Positions 12,800 to 26,898 of a DNA stretch of 64,000 nucleotides are shown here, piece by piece; the stretch's first letter is position 1, and the number at the start of each line of letters is the position of its first letter. The DNA comes from Botryllus schlosseri. Taxonomy: Eukaryota. The position numbers and the translations under genes were made by a program. The notes beneath the pieces were generated by a model. The model did no database searches. It was not told the origin of the DNA and saw only the letters and a list, made by a program, of their open reading frames with translations. Location of the stretch: the NCBI GenBank assembly GCA_051294905.1, contig CM119386.1, positions 7,564,001-7,628,000 of the forward strand. The letters are read 5' to 3'.

Positions 12800-13300
12800 C
12801 TATAGCTTGCATCATACAGGTGGCATCGGATCTACCGTTCAGGACATATGTCAGCCTATTTCAGATCCGGTAAAACCCAATCGCTATGACAAATACCCAG
12901 AATTGGCTGGGATGTCAGCGTAAAATCAACATATGAACAATGTGTCAATGTTCCTCTTTTTTAGAAGAATATATCTTTTATTATGCTGATCATTGGATGA
13001 AAGGTTACCAATTCAAACATTTCAAACAAATGAGCTATCGTATTTTTCTGTCAGTTCGAATGAGACCTATCAAAGTTCATATGCACCGATGGCTCTCTGG
13101 AGGAGATGTAATCCATGATTCATTAGTCCCTGCTATCATTGTCAATTGTTAATGATTTCGGAACAACGTCACGATCGTGTAGAAGGGTTGTTACCGCTTC
13201 GATGTACCTTCAGTTTTACGGCACTACACACATCCACAAACCACGTCTGGGTTTCGGATTAAGTTCTTTCAAATCTGGTATTTTACCGGATTACGAGCCT
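12800..13300 (-). pseudogene. Highly decayed L2-like RT remnant
   Basis: IMDYISSR.PSV (W..YL..RxQxV) followed by FYAD. Weak. Confidence 0.28.
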
Positions 13301-16300
13301 AAAGATTGGATCAGAATTTTGTAAACAGCGATTCGGCAATGCACGGTGCGGCCGCGTGCGCGGCCAACGTATCGACGGCGCTAAATCGATAGCGTTAAAC
13401 ACAATAAGCGACCACCCACCTAAAAAACGGCCCATTTGCGGCGAAATTTTAACACAACGCGCCGTTTGACGAATTCAATTACGCAATAGGTTACAAATAT
13501 TCGAGCAAACACAATGTCTCATGACGCGCTACCAAAATCCCTCCATAATACACCCCCGTTCGTTTTCTTATAGTCCTACCCATTCAGGCGTTGACCCTAC
13601 GGGAATGGGGATCCGCGGAGGTCGAACTAACTGTGAGCACTTACAGTTTTGTGATACATCACTATTACTGTCAGGCCTAAATACTTGTTCATTGGATAAA
13701 CAGAATAAGTTCGAAGCAGAATAGTCACATCACATCAACTAACATGGGTTAGCACCAGGAACGCGCGGGGTATAGGAAATGCCGTCTGGAGTACACCGGC
13801 GGGTCACGGAATTACGGGCTATCCAGGAAAAAACAATGACAATTTCGCTAGCCGCGGTGTGCCATCACTCACGCGTGTGAGTGTAAGTAACAACGCATCT
13901 TGTTAACCTGTTGGCTAAAATCGGCGCCGTGAACTCGATCGTACTCTCCCGCTGAGTAATACGGCTCGCGGTGTAAGATTAAATAAAAATTTCCAATTCA
14001 GTCGGCTTTTTTCGCGTGTCACTTTTTCGTGGGGTGAATGAGTCAACGCTTTTGAGTTGGTCTTCATGGCGAATAATAAGGTGTCTTCCGTGATTTCACA
14101 ATGAACACGTACCACGGGAACGCTTTATTAGAGCTCAATGAATTGGAGTGTGTTTATTGCGTGTTACACTTGCGCATGATCCAATGGCAATCGCCTTGCA
14201 CATGATACCAAGGATCAGTCAGCCAACAGGCAATTTCCTTATCCGCTGTTGCAAAGCTCAACTGTCATTACGGGCTTGATGGAAATTTACTAACGTAACG
14301 AAATGAACCTTGTAATCGAAAATTATTCCATTGCTCCAAGAGCGAAACTTCCATTCTTAGCAGGAAACATTTGGCAATTTCAGTCGTTATACGATCGGTT
14401 CTCGGTACATGGAAACGACACGACGAACAAGTTCCATCGTCGAAATTCAAACTTGATTATCCTCACGTGACAGATTTGGGGACAGTCTACATTTCGAGAG
14501 CGCGCCGCACTAGTATAACTCGCTGGCATTGCCGCTCATTTCCCAGTGACCGATTCTAGCTGTGGATAAATCAACAGTCCACAGACGGATGACACGATTT
14601 CTCAACGCGGGGCGGCACCACAGCAAACAATGTTGTAGCGGATGTTGTGACGTTATAAACTTAATCCACAATGATTCTCAACCGGTAACCATGAGCATCG
14701 GCCTGATATTTATTCGTTGCATCAAGTGCTACTGACTTTATTATAGGTAGTTTGGACCAGTTTTGTAGTTAGGAAACCATTGTTTATTCTCACATTACGG
14801 TTGGATATTGCCTCCTTGTCAATCGTTAGAGGTATCTATTGTATAGGGCGACACGAGATATCAATTCAGGAATCAAGACACAGATGATAGTGTTTTAGGG
14901 TCGGTTAACGTTTTAGTTACTGCCCCCATGGCCTACTAGTAGTTTTTAGTAGGCCATGCTGTACCTGAAGTGGAACCATGTGACATCGCCTGGATTGTCA
15001 GCAAAAGCAACCGATGACGATTGAAAGTGAACTTTAAAAGCCGAAGAGTGACCAACACCCACCGAACACGGAAGCAAAACCACAACACGCGACCATTCCA
15101 CCTAGTAGCATCAATTACCTGCAGCACCTCATAGCCTATTATGAAGATATTACAATGGTCAGGAATTATGTGGGTCCGCTACGTTTCGGATAGCCAGGAG
15201 ACTGACGCTTGTAATAATTTATGGCTGAGCAAAATCCAGAAATCGGGTGCTTGGATTCCGAGTAACAATAAGTTTCCAGTAGAGCCGAATATTCAAGCAC
15301 CAGCTGTGATGGCGTACATACCAGTAATGACACCTTCGAAAGTTCAAATAAAAATTTAAATAATAGTCTTGTGTTTCTTGACCATGACTATATGTTTTAG
15401 CGCTTTGGGCTGATGCTACGGCATGATCATTCATTACTAAATAGAAATGTCGTTCCATTGTATATTCGCCGTGTGACCTTGGACCTCTGGACACTGAATT
15501 TGTGACCTGCCGACATTTCAAGGCAATCGTGGCGGATAGGAAGTGAAGTTATATTTATCTGTGATACAATAATTGTTAGTCGCATTGGGCGCATTATTTC
15601 GATAACCGAAAACAATGTCTTTCTCTACTATACTCGAATTATTACAATTGATACTAAACTCGCAGTCGAGTCATTGAATTGTTGCGCCCTCGTCGTGAAA
15701 TTGAATAATAACATGATTCGGCGTCGCTACATTGCTACAGCGTCGGCATCGAGCTGCTTACAATGCAAATACCAACAGAATCAAAGTAGTTGGATATTAA
15801 CTTTCCCCTTCTATATGTATTTGATTTGTAAGCGAATGTTCACCGATAGTGTAGTGCCGTCGCGATGATTAATTCCGTTCTAATACCATAGCATACAAAA
15901 ACCACTGCTGCAAGACGCATACAACACGAAGGTGAAGCCCTTCGCGTTACAAGGAGTTATTCAATCTACATCCAATAATAGCGACATAAATTTACCTAAT
16001 AGCTAAGCAAACATAAATGTACGGCATCATATTGTAAGCGAGCCAATTGGAATGTTGTGTCCCAGTTGATATGGCGTTATCAGCAACTTGTATCTCTACC
16101 ACATCGTGCAACTGAAGCTAGCTTAAGGTCGCATTTGACATCATTAATGTGTTGTTAGATCAAACGTCATCAAACTGTCATGGACACGTACCGTCATCCA
16201 GCAATAGACACATGGAACTTGTGACATACAGCGCAGCGAGGTAATAAATTCAAATTTCAATCAAGGGCAAGGCGCGTGTCGCGAACAGCAACGAAGCATA

Positions 16301-18599
16301 TCGTCATTAGACTAATCTGTTATATAAATACTACCCGGCGCGAGGCGTCTACCAGCGCAAAAATCTTTAATATCGAGATTCGAAGTCTCATTACTTTCAA
16401 CGCAAAAGTCTACTATGTGCACGGTGTAATTCTGCGAATGCGGTTACAATTAGCATGTAGCACGGATTATCAATTGATATAACGGTATGATTTTAATTCC
16501 TACCATTGCGTAATTATGACAAATGATGGTATCACGGATATGTTTGCCGACAGGTAAAGCGTTTGTCGAGGAAAGATAAATGCCATTTGTAACTGGTGAA
16601 TCATAACCGCTATTTCAGAAACTGGAGTATTTGTCAATTCGCGACACTTAGCATAGTTAGGAGCTAGTTTCGCGTGCTGTCACTTTTACAAGGTGTACGC
16701 GCCAAGACATCTCGCCTTAGGCTGTTCACAGTGTTCGGCTTACGGATAAATATAATGTGACAATCAAATACTTTGATTTTGTTTTATTAGTTGATTTTAT
16801 CGAGCGTCTATTGGCATACCTAAACTTACCGTGTCTAGAATCACAGATTTGTGTACATTGGGCGGCAATAAATTTGGACTTCCACGGCGTACTAAGCGCT
16901 TATTAGCTTCCATTTATTTCGTAGCGTCTCATCGAAATTAATTTACTTTGAACATTTACAATCTCACTTAGTATTTCAATAAACACCATATTATATTCAA
17001 AGCGAAGCACAGCTGAAACGGGTGACTGCATCCAAGGCGACCGACTTACAACTATAATCGCGGGGTCAACTTGAAAAATTGTAAATGATAAGTACAATTA
17101 AGCCTTAAAGAGACTGCAAAAGTGCGCAATGCTGCTGGTAAGCTAAGGTAAGTACACGATATACATAAATCGGGAGCGGTTCAATTAGCATAATTCTACT
17201 ATGACGGTAACGAACACTGTAACGTTAGATGTCCCAAAATAGCACAGCCTGGAAGTTTAGCAAGGAGCAAATTGCAGTCTACATACACATCACACACCTA
17301 TCCCATCGATTCATAACCCCAAACCTGATGGCGAAGCAAAAGCCAGACAGTGTAACCGTTCAAGCAAATCGAACACATGATGTCACTGAAGTCCGACATT
17401 CTCATTGAAGCATTGCTAAATTGTTGAGATTGTAAACTAGTCGGATTTGTTTGGATATCTCCTCCTTTTTTGCGTATCGCCTTTTCATTAATGTTACTAT
17501 CAGTTCAAGGAGTCCACGCCACAAAGACGTGTGTCGCACATACCGTGTCTACCGGAATGTAATTTCAGCTGGCCTCGTGAAATTATCCACCGAAACGAGC
17601 TGTATGCCGTCGATACGCAAGTAATACGTTTCAGATTCCGTTTCATATACCAATGTGATTGTATGTATAATTTACACCTCCCATGATTTAGTTACTGTCA
17701 CCTACTACGCGATGGAATACGCGAGACAACACGAGAATGAGACGGGAAGTATTGTCACGTCATAATTCTTGCGGTAGTAACAACGCGAGCATCGGGAGTG
17801 GTCAAGTTCAAGCGGTAAGCAAGCTCAAATCAGCTTTCGTAGTAAAAAGCACTGCGTAAAAACGATGGCAAACCGTGGGACCTTCGTATTTAAGATAATC
17901 TCCGCTGACGCTGCGCCTACTCTCACAGATATTAGGCAGGTCGGATCTGCTTCAGGCGACGTGTTTAATTACTAACATCTTACTCTATTCATTGCGGTTG
18001 ACATTGCTCAGAGGCACAGTTCCAATTGAAGGTAACGTATTCTCGATCTATTCCGCGCATGCGCACCGCGAATCACTGCGGAATTGCCACCGATGGTATG
18101 ATGCGCGATTAACGACATCACAGCACGTAAGCTAAAGTTATTGGTCAATCACAGCACGAAACGCGACACTTTGCCGCAACTTTCATATTGCGTAACGCAA
18201 CAATATGAAACGACACAGCGGTAAGTATCATGTACGCTACTATTTCCCATCAAATAGTGACAACCTGCCATGAAATAGTGCCGTGTTTAATAACGCGAAG
18301 TACGCACCGCCACCAGTGTAGGGTCACCTTTTAGCAAGGAGCATCAAAAATATCAAAACAGTGTGACACCAATATGACACCACCGGTACCAGCGCACACG
18401 TTATACGAATCGGGCACTTCATCTTCATCCAATAAGCATTCAAGGCACCATGCAAGAGAAATATGATTTTCTGACCTTTGACATTAATCTGCACAGAATT
18501 TCGAATGAAACTTTAGTATTTTAGCTATTACAGTAGAATGTATCTGGCATGTCACGACTTGCTTACGAAAATACAGCCCGTGGACTAAAAGCGTCTGTG

Positions 18600-19150
18600 C
18601 AGCATGTAGCATAGTAATTCTTATTCCGAGAATCTATCAACTACAGCGCGTGGAAGGAAAGGCAATTCCCTTCATCATAGACAATGCTTCAGTTGCAGTT
18701 AGTCATGAAGTACCGTTTTTGGTGATTCATTCACAAGTCCTACCGCGTAGGAAGATGTAAGCCTTTCACAAGGAATGTTATTTTTACCTTAATTTCTAGT
18801 ATATGATGAAATTAAACTGGGAAGCATAAGGATAACCAGTACTCGCGCCTGGCCGGGATAACGAGACCAAATAGAAACCCGTAGCATATGTCATCAAACC
18901 TTTGACAAGGCCAAGATTATCGACCATTATTAGGAAACTCGGAAAGGCAATATCTATCATGCACATTCTCGCATTCGACAATCATTCCAGAGGTATCGAT
19001 TTTTCGTGATAGCTGCGTCGCACAGCCCTGACTCCATACAAGCAAATATTAATCAATAAAACTAACATTAGAATGCCAGCGACTCGGCTCAACGCCGTCA
19101 TGTGCTCATTCACAATAATACATTGTACCGTTCTGATGAGAAGAAGCGAT
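18600..19150 (+). pseudogene. Highly decayed LINE RT-like remnant in the 10.5-kb ZMIZ intron
   Basis: FDK..IIRKLGKAI near 18900, preceded by G.IP and PxHK-like motifs. Weak. Confidence 0.3.
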
Positions 19151-21081
19151 AGGTCAATAACTTCACGAATCGGAAGCATTGCAGAAGAATGCTAAGACTG
19201 TCATTGCCGGGCTCTTTGCTTGCTTGATGGATTGATCGTGTAAAACACAATCTCCCCTTTATAGTCAAATGTGGAGCAACTTAGATAGAATCACCCAAAC
19301 TAAGGTTATCAGTGGCTATTCACAGTATCCAGCTAGTCATATAATAGCAAGGGTTAAGTGATTTCTAAAAGAAAAGCGTACAGAGTCTACCCAGCCCTAA
19401 ACAAGACCGTGACTTCAAGGCAATTCAGCGACTGTTGTAACAACAGAAGACAAATTTTATCATTTTGTCACCATTCTCGTACTTCTGTTTGCTTACAAAG
19501 GCAGCAGGCGTGACGGCAGAGAAGACTGAATAGCGACGGAAATGCCTCAAAATAGCACAAAGACAAAAACAGTTATGCGAAGGTTTATTCTGGAAGTTGA
19601 CATATCCTATAATGTAAGAACTAGTTTAATCTCGTTGAAACTACATTGACGGTATTTCCCGCTAACCTGGCTAGGGACACGGCACAACGGAATGGTAATG
19701 CGAGTCAAAACGACACAGATAATTAGATATCCAATATTGTAACAATCTGGCGAACAAATCAAAATATTGAAACATCCAATTAACTGATGTCGTATACATC
19801 TTACATACCTGTCACATATTCGTTTTTAGAACGCGCGTTTACGGACACTGGCTTAAAAACATAAGATTCCATCCAGAGCACCAGATGATTGTTACATGAC
19901 GGGTCGGATTAACCAGCTCAGGCTTCATACGAAGTTGGTGCATTGAAATTGAAGGACCAATCCGTAAGCACGAATATCCTAGCAAATCATGAACGTACGC
20001 CGTACAAGTACAGTCAAAACCGAACGCGAGACGAGCTTCCGAAATAGTCGGGCGATGGATAAGACAGCACACTTCGCAGAACAATGGCTCTCACAAGTCA
20101 ATTTCCGCTACAGCACGTTATGCGCTGGATGCTATAGCTGTTAGAACAGTACAGAGTAAAAGCCAAGATAGGAAATGCCGGTGTTGTACGTTCCACTATG
20201 TACAATTTTTCATCACAGCTGTGGCGTAGATTCGCTCTTATCACATTAAAACAGAAGTTTTACTTAATACATCCAGTCAACAAGTTACAAAGCATGTCGC
20301 GTATAAGTATTTCTCGTATTTTTCGTGGCATTTATACCTTACCCGAAATACTATTAAGATTTCAAATGCCACGGTTCACGTTAGTAGTTGGCAATCTCGC
20401 GGCCCTAAGTATATTAAAATAAGAAACTTATTTATAGAAACCATGGTAGTCATTGAAAAATAACGCAAAACTCTACTATGTGAAAGGTCATAAACGATGA
20501 AAGCTATGGAGGCAATAGAAATTGCTCTTGCTAAACGCATAATGAATCCGACCTGGTATATATCGTCGATTTAGAATTATGATGTGTAGGCTGGTCACAT
20601 TTCTGTGTGCAGATTGAGGTTCGCGGATTGATAAATTAGTGCTAAGAAATAGGCCCAAACGCGCATACAGGCAATGTCAATATCGTTTAATGCAGCTAAA
20701 CTGCTACAATATGTGAAGCTATGTCAAATAGAAGCATTTTACAAGTGAGCAAACAACGTCAACAGCGTTGCAAAATGTACGTTCACCTGAACGTTACATC
20801 TCATGCCTAAAGAGATGGAAACAATATAGATTGTAACTCTTGTTGCGATAGAGTAGGCCGTTATTGTTGGCACTAACAATGCGTGACAGTGCTAGGTAAA
20901 CTACATAAAACAAGGTACTAGACGAGAAGTAAAACGAAGAAACCAAGTGCCTCTGTACATAAAACACGAGATGCATCAACGAAATATAACGCTTATTGAC
21001 AAGTCACTTATTGGCTCACCGATATTAAATTTATCGAGTTTATTTAATAGAACAATAGTGTGTATGGATAAGATTTCTCAC

Positions 21082-21195
21082 CGTTAAACAATTCATAAGG
21101 CTTTCTTCGAAAGCTTTTTGGAACGCTCTTGGGTCAGAGCACCATTCCAGGAGCTCTTTGGCGGCCTTTTCGAACGCGCCAGGTGATTGTAAGTG
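21082..21195 (-). CDS. ZMIZ1: ZMIZ1-like coding exon 2 ([38 protein letters not shown]), N-terminal TPR-like domain
   Basis: Not in the ORF track; translated by hand. Matches ZMIZ1 [38 protein letters not shown]. Acceptor ctttttag, donor ACG|gtgaga, 114 nt, phase 0/0. Confidence 0.93.
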
Positions 21196-21431
21196 CTAAA
21201 AAGAAGCACGCAGTCAATAATATATTCAATTCCTTAGCACTGTAGTAACAAGTCCGCCAACGAGAGAATCGGTCGCAAGTTTACAAGGATTATGTTCGAG
21301 AACCCGATCAACCGCATCGCACATCACTCTAATAACGATCGCTTCTATATATGCTCCCAAGCTACACAGGTCTTGGAACTAACACAATTGACTAATGTTT
21401 TAAGCGTGCTGCTTAAAATGACATCACTCAC

Positions 21432-21533
21432 CCGTTGAATGCATCGCAATCTTTCATTGTTCTGCCGTATATGCCGTTCCACTTCGGAGTGAGCGACCTG
21501 TGTCATGCCGTTAGGAGCTCCCATGTGTGCCAT
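21432..21533 (-). CDS. ZMIZ1: ZMIZ1-like coding exon 1 (MAHMGAPNGMTQVAHSEVERHIRQNNERLRCIQR)
   Basis: Matches the ZMIZ1 N-terminus (DRHIQQTNDRLQCIKQ). Donor CGG|gtgagt, phase 0. In-frame ATGs at 21533, 21524 and 21506, so the true start is uncertain. Confidence 0.88.
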
Positions 21534-22356
21534 ATCTTGGTTTAGAGCAGTATTCTTCGTATGTTGTCATAAATCCAAAGATAGCGTAGTAATATCCAAT
21601 GTGGTTATATTCATCAGATCTTCAGTTGGTATTATTCTACTGCCACTATTTACGTGCACATACACAATAACCCGCTTAAATGCTTTGTATTTGACGGGGG
21701 ACGTCGTTAAATGACCTACAAATACCCGCTACTAGGTCTTGGCATCGAACAATAATCTTACATCTGAATTAATTCACCCCATCACTCGATATGTTCAAGG
21801 ATCGCTCAAGTAGAACAATGGTAACGCACTATCCCAATTGTCCTTTCATTTCTGAAGGGTTATACCAGTACTTAAAATGTCCTTACCAACATAGACTGAT
21901 TTCACTCTCGAAGATGAAACTATTAATGATACCTGAGCTACTACTACCGTGCTTCCGACACATAACACAGGAAAGGCGACGAAAATAATCGATCGTGTTA
22001 ACCTACATACTCGAAGGTATTAGTCTGCATCTAAATAAAGACTTTATTCATTATCTCATCACGTCTTCAATATTACGACTCAAGTTGTTGTTCCCACCAC
22101 CTTGTTGATATGCTCAAGTGAGCGTCCAATTTAGACTATTACCCTCAATGATTCAATCTGAAAATTATCTCTTTAAGCCAGATGGTGCATGCCTCGCCGA
22201 TCTAATTCCCTGATGCCGTAGTCGGAACGCGCGCAACTTGTTAAATCCTCGGCAAACTAATATCAATAATGTCCGTTCCCAGCAGACGCTACATCACCAT
22301 CGCTTTGTTTATTGATATACCTCGTCTTCCTAGACAGAAAGTGACTAGTCGCTTAC

Positions 22357-22585
22357 AGTGATTTACACGAGCACAAAAGAAACGCAGCCTCAACCGTTCT
22401 GGTAGAACATCTACGAGAGAGAAGTCAAAAGCGAAAAAAGATCGCTCTCGACAAATAATGTCGCTTTTCTTTCGCTGTGGCTTCCAAGTGGCCGCGGTGG
22501 TAATGAATTCAAAATCGCCGAACGCGATGGCCTCGGGGAATGCTGTCTTCGTGTACGACTTCGCGCGACGACGTAAGAACAGTGC
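22357..22585 (-). other. Candidate non-coding 5' UTR exon of the ZMIZ gene
   Basis: CpG-rich segment bounded by an acceptor-like tttacgtag and a consensus donor act|gtaagc, about 0.8 kb upstream of the ATG. Sequence signals only. Confidence 0.25.
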
Positions 22586-23349
22586 CTACGTAAATCCCGA
22601 TGCATTGCTGATGATAATACACCGCATTGTATTCATTACTCCATGATACGTATGCGTAACGTTCTACGCAACCATAAGCCAAACTACTCATTCACCCAAA
22701 TATTTTTATTCTTGATGGCTGTTGGTATTGAGTATGGTAACCCTAATTGTAAACGGATAGTTATTAGTCACCCAGATATTCTCAATGGGTGTGTGGAAAC
22801 ATTACTGCGAAATTCAGTCTAATCGATTGATAAATGCCCTGGTAAAATATACTCAGCTTCGAATCCTGCTAGCTTGTCAGCAATGTAAAATATCCGTCGG
22901 TATTACATTTAATACTCTTTATGAACGCGTTTATAAAGCTTTTTCAATCGGAAATGATGCAGTAACTGCTGCAAGTAACAGTATGGATAGAGTTGACTCA
23001 GTCATAACTTGCTGTATAAAATTACATTTTCCTGTTTCCAGAAGCAGCGCTGGAAAATCCATTGTGAACGGTACCGTTTGATAAGGTTGTTTCAATATTA
23101 TATTGTGATGGATATCCGTACAAACGCCAAATGTCGCGCAAAAGCAATCGTACGATAGAGCCAAGTCAGTATCGGTTTCCTGAAAAATTGAGAATGAATA
23201 GATAGATGATCCGCTATGTAGCATACTATCAACGCTTATCGATACCACAATTGTGATAGGGAGTCCAGAGGTGATGATCATAATGTGTAGAAAAGACACC
23301 CGAATTGATGCGTAAATGTATTGTAGAGTCGCAATTTAATCGACAATAC

Positions 23350-24000
23350 AAGCAATACAATTACGTTAATATCACGGTTTTGGCGTCATTGTCACGTACA
23401 TCGTGTTCTAACAGATCGGCGTGCCGAAATTGGTGATTCTAACTTTCTTACCATGGGCTGTGTATATTCATTGGTAGTCTCAGGTTGCCTGGTCAGCAAT
23501 TGACCTGAAATGAAACCTAATGCCCAATGTAAGCCGTGGCTACGATAAGTATCTGTGATGATCATGTTATTCGGCTTCTATTCAAGGATGCTTGAAACAT
23601 ACTGTACCTTGAGGAATGTAACTATAACTAGGTTGTCTGTTCAAGTCTTGAGAACACTGTTACCGTCTCGGGTCAATAGAAGAGACTACTATAAATGGTA
23701 ATGGCATGACTTTGAAATTCGATAGTATTTTAAGTTGCTCTACTATGTGGCACTTGTTGATAAGTATTTAATATGAGTTCACAAAATTGATATTCCCCAT
23801 CGCAAAAGTCGGGATATGGCCCGGCGTATACTGGCTTAATACTTGCAATGCCACATATTAAAACAGAATATGAATAGAAGATACCTATTACTCAGTACTG
23901 CAATTTGTGGTACATTCGGCCTCTTGTAATTCATATAGTTATAGAACTTGTTCTTTCAATGAAATTCGTAGCCGAAATGTCTTCATAAACGGCTCTTGCC
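23350..24000 (-). pseudogene. Decayed CR1-clade LINE reverse transcriptase; the element may extend to about 26 kb
   Basis: Ordered motifs NYKRP (NYRP), ..KVPHSR..NLKYYRI (AFDKVPH.RL..KL.YYGI) and IPQGTV (VPQGTVLGP). Confidence 0.55.
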
Positions 24001-26609
24001 AATCATTCATTTAACGACCAATGAGCATTGGATATCACAGCGCAATGTCGAAGGAAATACTAGCCAACAACTTCCTTGACATACGACTTTCTGACATCTG
24101 TACAAGTACATAGAAACTCAAACGTGAATAAAAAGAATCATAAGCTAACATTGTACGGTTTTGACGTGTCGCAGACATGTATAATTGTATATATTCAAAG
24201 GAGGCGGAACGTACTTAACAGTTACAAAATTTCACATGGCAAAATTCGCACATGCGTGTAACACAGCATCATGCATATACCAGCCGCAAATCCATATATA
24301 ATTTAAATACTCGATTGGGAATACACTGTGGCAATAACAGCGCGGTGACTGCTGCATCCCTTACTTCTGAATCGGTATCCACTTGGCGTCCCAAAACCAA
24401 TCCTAAATTTGACATATAATTTCGTGCAGTTATAGCAATGTTTCTGATCAGATTTTTTCAGATTGGAAATGTCTTTGAGTGATCTTCTCGATTGATATGT
24501 TAGTACTTTACAGAGAATCCATGCATGATCCATCCACAGCAATGTGTCCAAAGACCGACTAATGTCGCTATCTGTTGCTTGCTGAGTTTAAAGCAGCATT
24601 GTATCTGATATCGGAACCCGATTTTTTAACGGAAAAAGTTAATGATGCCATCCAAATAGAACGAGAAGTAATGCTACAAAGTCCAACTCAAGTACAAGTA
24701 GGCCTATATAGTAGATCTACTTCTAGGGCTGTGGCCGGAACTACTTCAGCTACAGACGCACGAAATTAGCAGTTGGAACAGTGTTTACTGCTCACTTACG
24801 TAACGTCCATGTTACGAAGTCGATTGAGAGATCACGTATAGTAAAACTTTACTAAAAATTTTCATTGAGTTCGTAACTTTAACATATCAACAACCCCTCC
24901 GGTATATTATCATCGGAATAGGCACGATAATTCTAGTATGAGTGCATTTTAATAAAAGTTGGGATCTTTAGTAAGAATTTAATTTCACATAAATATTATC
25001 CCTCAGGACAGCAAATGTGGAAAATGTTTAATTGGTTCTTAGGACGCATTATAGCCATGGCACGGCAGTGTTGGGGTGTTGGGTTTTGACTCTAGTAACC
25101 ATTCGGAACAATTCGGTGACATTGACACGAAATCCCGAGAAGGCAAAAAAGCACACACTCAGTTCATAGCTTTCTGAAAAACGGGATAAATAATTGCTAT
25201 TCACCGAGATGAAAACGCCAACGCGAAACCGTTGTATGAAAGTTACATGGACAATATAATAGGTACATAAGCATCATTAATTCAAATATATGTGATCGCA
25301 CTTCTGTATAACGTCCGACTCAAAAGGTCCCCGACCTCCAGAGAACCCCGAATGGTGATTTAATAATAAGGAACCAAATTCTAATGTCCGCGTTTACCGT
25401 TAAATCTCTTGTATTCCTCACAACGCATACGCAGGGCCAACGCCGCATCGCGACTAAAGTAAAGAGGCATAGAAATAAGGCAGCTTATATTGTCGTTCGT
25501 TAAAGCCACTGCTTAACGTGTATTCAATCTGTCAATCACCGTATAGTGTTTTCAACTCCGTTGTTTGAGAATAAAGGTGTTGTTGGGATCCGTAATGAAA
25601 TGCGCTGGACTATATTAATTACCACGTCTATACATAATAGTCCTAGGCATTGATTTGGAGGTAACATTTTAGAATCATTTGACTGGTCCGGCCCGCAGGC
25701 GATCAAAATGCTTGAATTCGGCTGAGACCCAATTGGAGTTGACCATTCCTGGTGTCATAATACTAGTATAGACTACCGTGGAACTTGAGAGATGATAATG
25801 TGATACGTTTCAGCATGGCAATTGGTGAAATCGTGACTTTTAAAGACCTGGAGTACATATCGAATAATGACTGTAAGTTATTAAGTTCCCTATAAAGATC
25901 GATATTGTGATGCGATGAGAGATGTGTTTATCAGTACCAATATACTGTGACTTCTATGTATGGGAGGCGGGAACGTGACCCATAGCAGTTACAAGTTGAT
26001 GTAGACCTGAATCCAATCCGAGAAAAGTTTGTAATGTGTAACTCATAGTGTAAGTATAAAACTTCTTCGTTGTGGTACAACAAATTACTGGCCTGTAGGC
26101 ATAGTCGCATCCTAAATTAAATTAAATTGGATATTATTCGTCGAGTAACGCGCTCTCGAAGAATCCAGCAGTAGGTTCAACACACGCTCTGCTAGTGTTC
26201 TGCATTCTCATGGCTGTAGTCAAATCGGTTTAGCCGAAATGAACCAACGTACACAACGCCTATTCCGACTGTAAACTTGGTCAAGTAAACGACCTGATAA
26301 CTACAAAATGTGCGAAATGGCTGAGGTTGTCACCAATGCAACATGCGTTTGCATGCAGTGCCATCTCCAAAATCAATGGTTAATTGTGCGGCGAACGTGC
26401 GGCGGCATATCTCATTTTATCGATTGATAACGGACAAAGAATTGAACAGCTTTCATTTATGTCCCAACCTAGCCAATGGCGTGAACTATGCCCCACCAAA
26501 ACAGACATCAACCTACTGTTGACGACGTCTATTGTTATTTGTTACGATTTTGCGCTAATCGACAGCAGGTCGGAGCAAAACTGCGATAAATTTTGTGTTA
26601 CACAATGTG

Positions 26610-26898
26610 TCACATTTAGAACAAAAATCAATTTCTAACAAACATGTTTAAATCATGTTTTCTATTGTTTTTTTTTAGCCATGGCGTCAAGATATTTTTA
26701 ATTGTGACGTCTCAGTGGATTAACATTGACAATTGAGAATATAGGGTTAATATGGGTCCTTTGACGAAAAAGGCTTCCGACCCCTGTCATAAAACAACAA
26801 AAAATACACGATTCTTCGAAGACATTTTTTAAAACACCGGTTAAAACATGTTTTAAACAAAGTGTTATAAAACACTGTTCGTTTTAAATGCAACCCTA
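26610..26898 (+). repeat. Dispersed repeat family C, copy 1 (AT-rich, ends atgcaacccta; probable DNA-transposon derivative)
   Basis: tagccatggcgtca..atatt..aattgtgacgtc..attgacaattga.aatatagggt is shared with 28400-28798. Confidence 0.75.

Noticed and set aside
16500-17100. Gypsy RT remnant (SRSPWMQSPV)
   Set aside because: A single weak motif with no convincing YLDD, RNase H, integrase or LTRs.
23790-23830. EnSpm transposase DFCDG motif on the minus strand
   Set aside because: The surrounding ordered motifs (NYRP, KVPH, PQGT) fit a LINE reverse transcriptase, so the match is coincidental.
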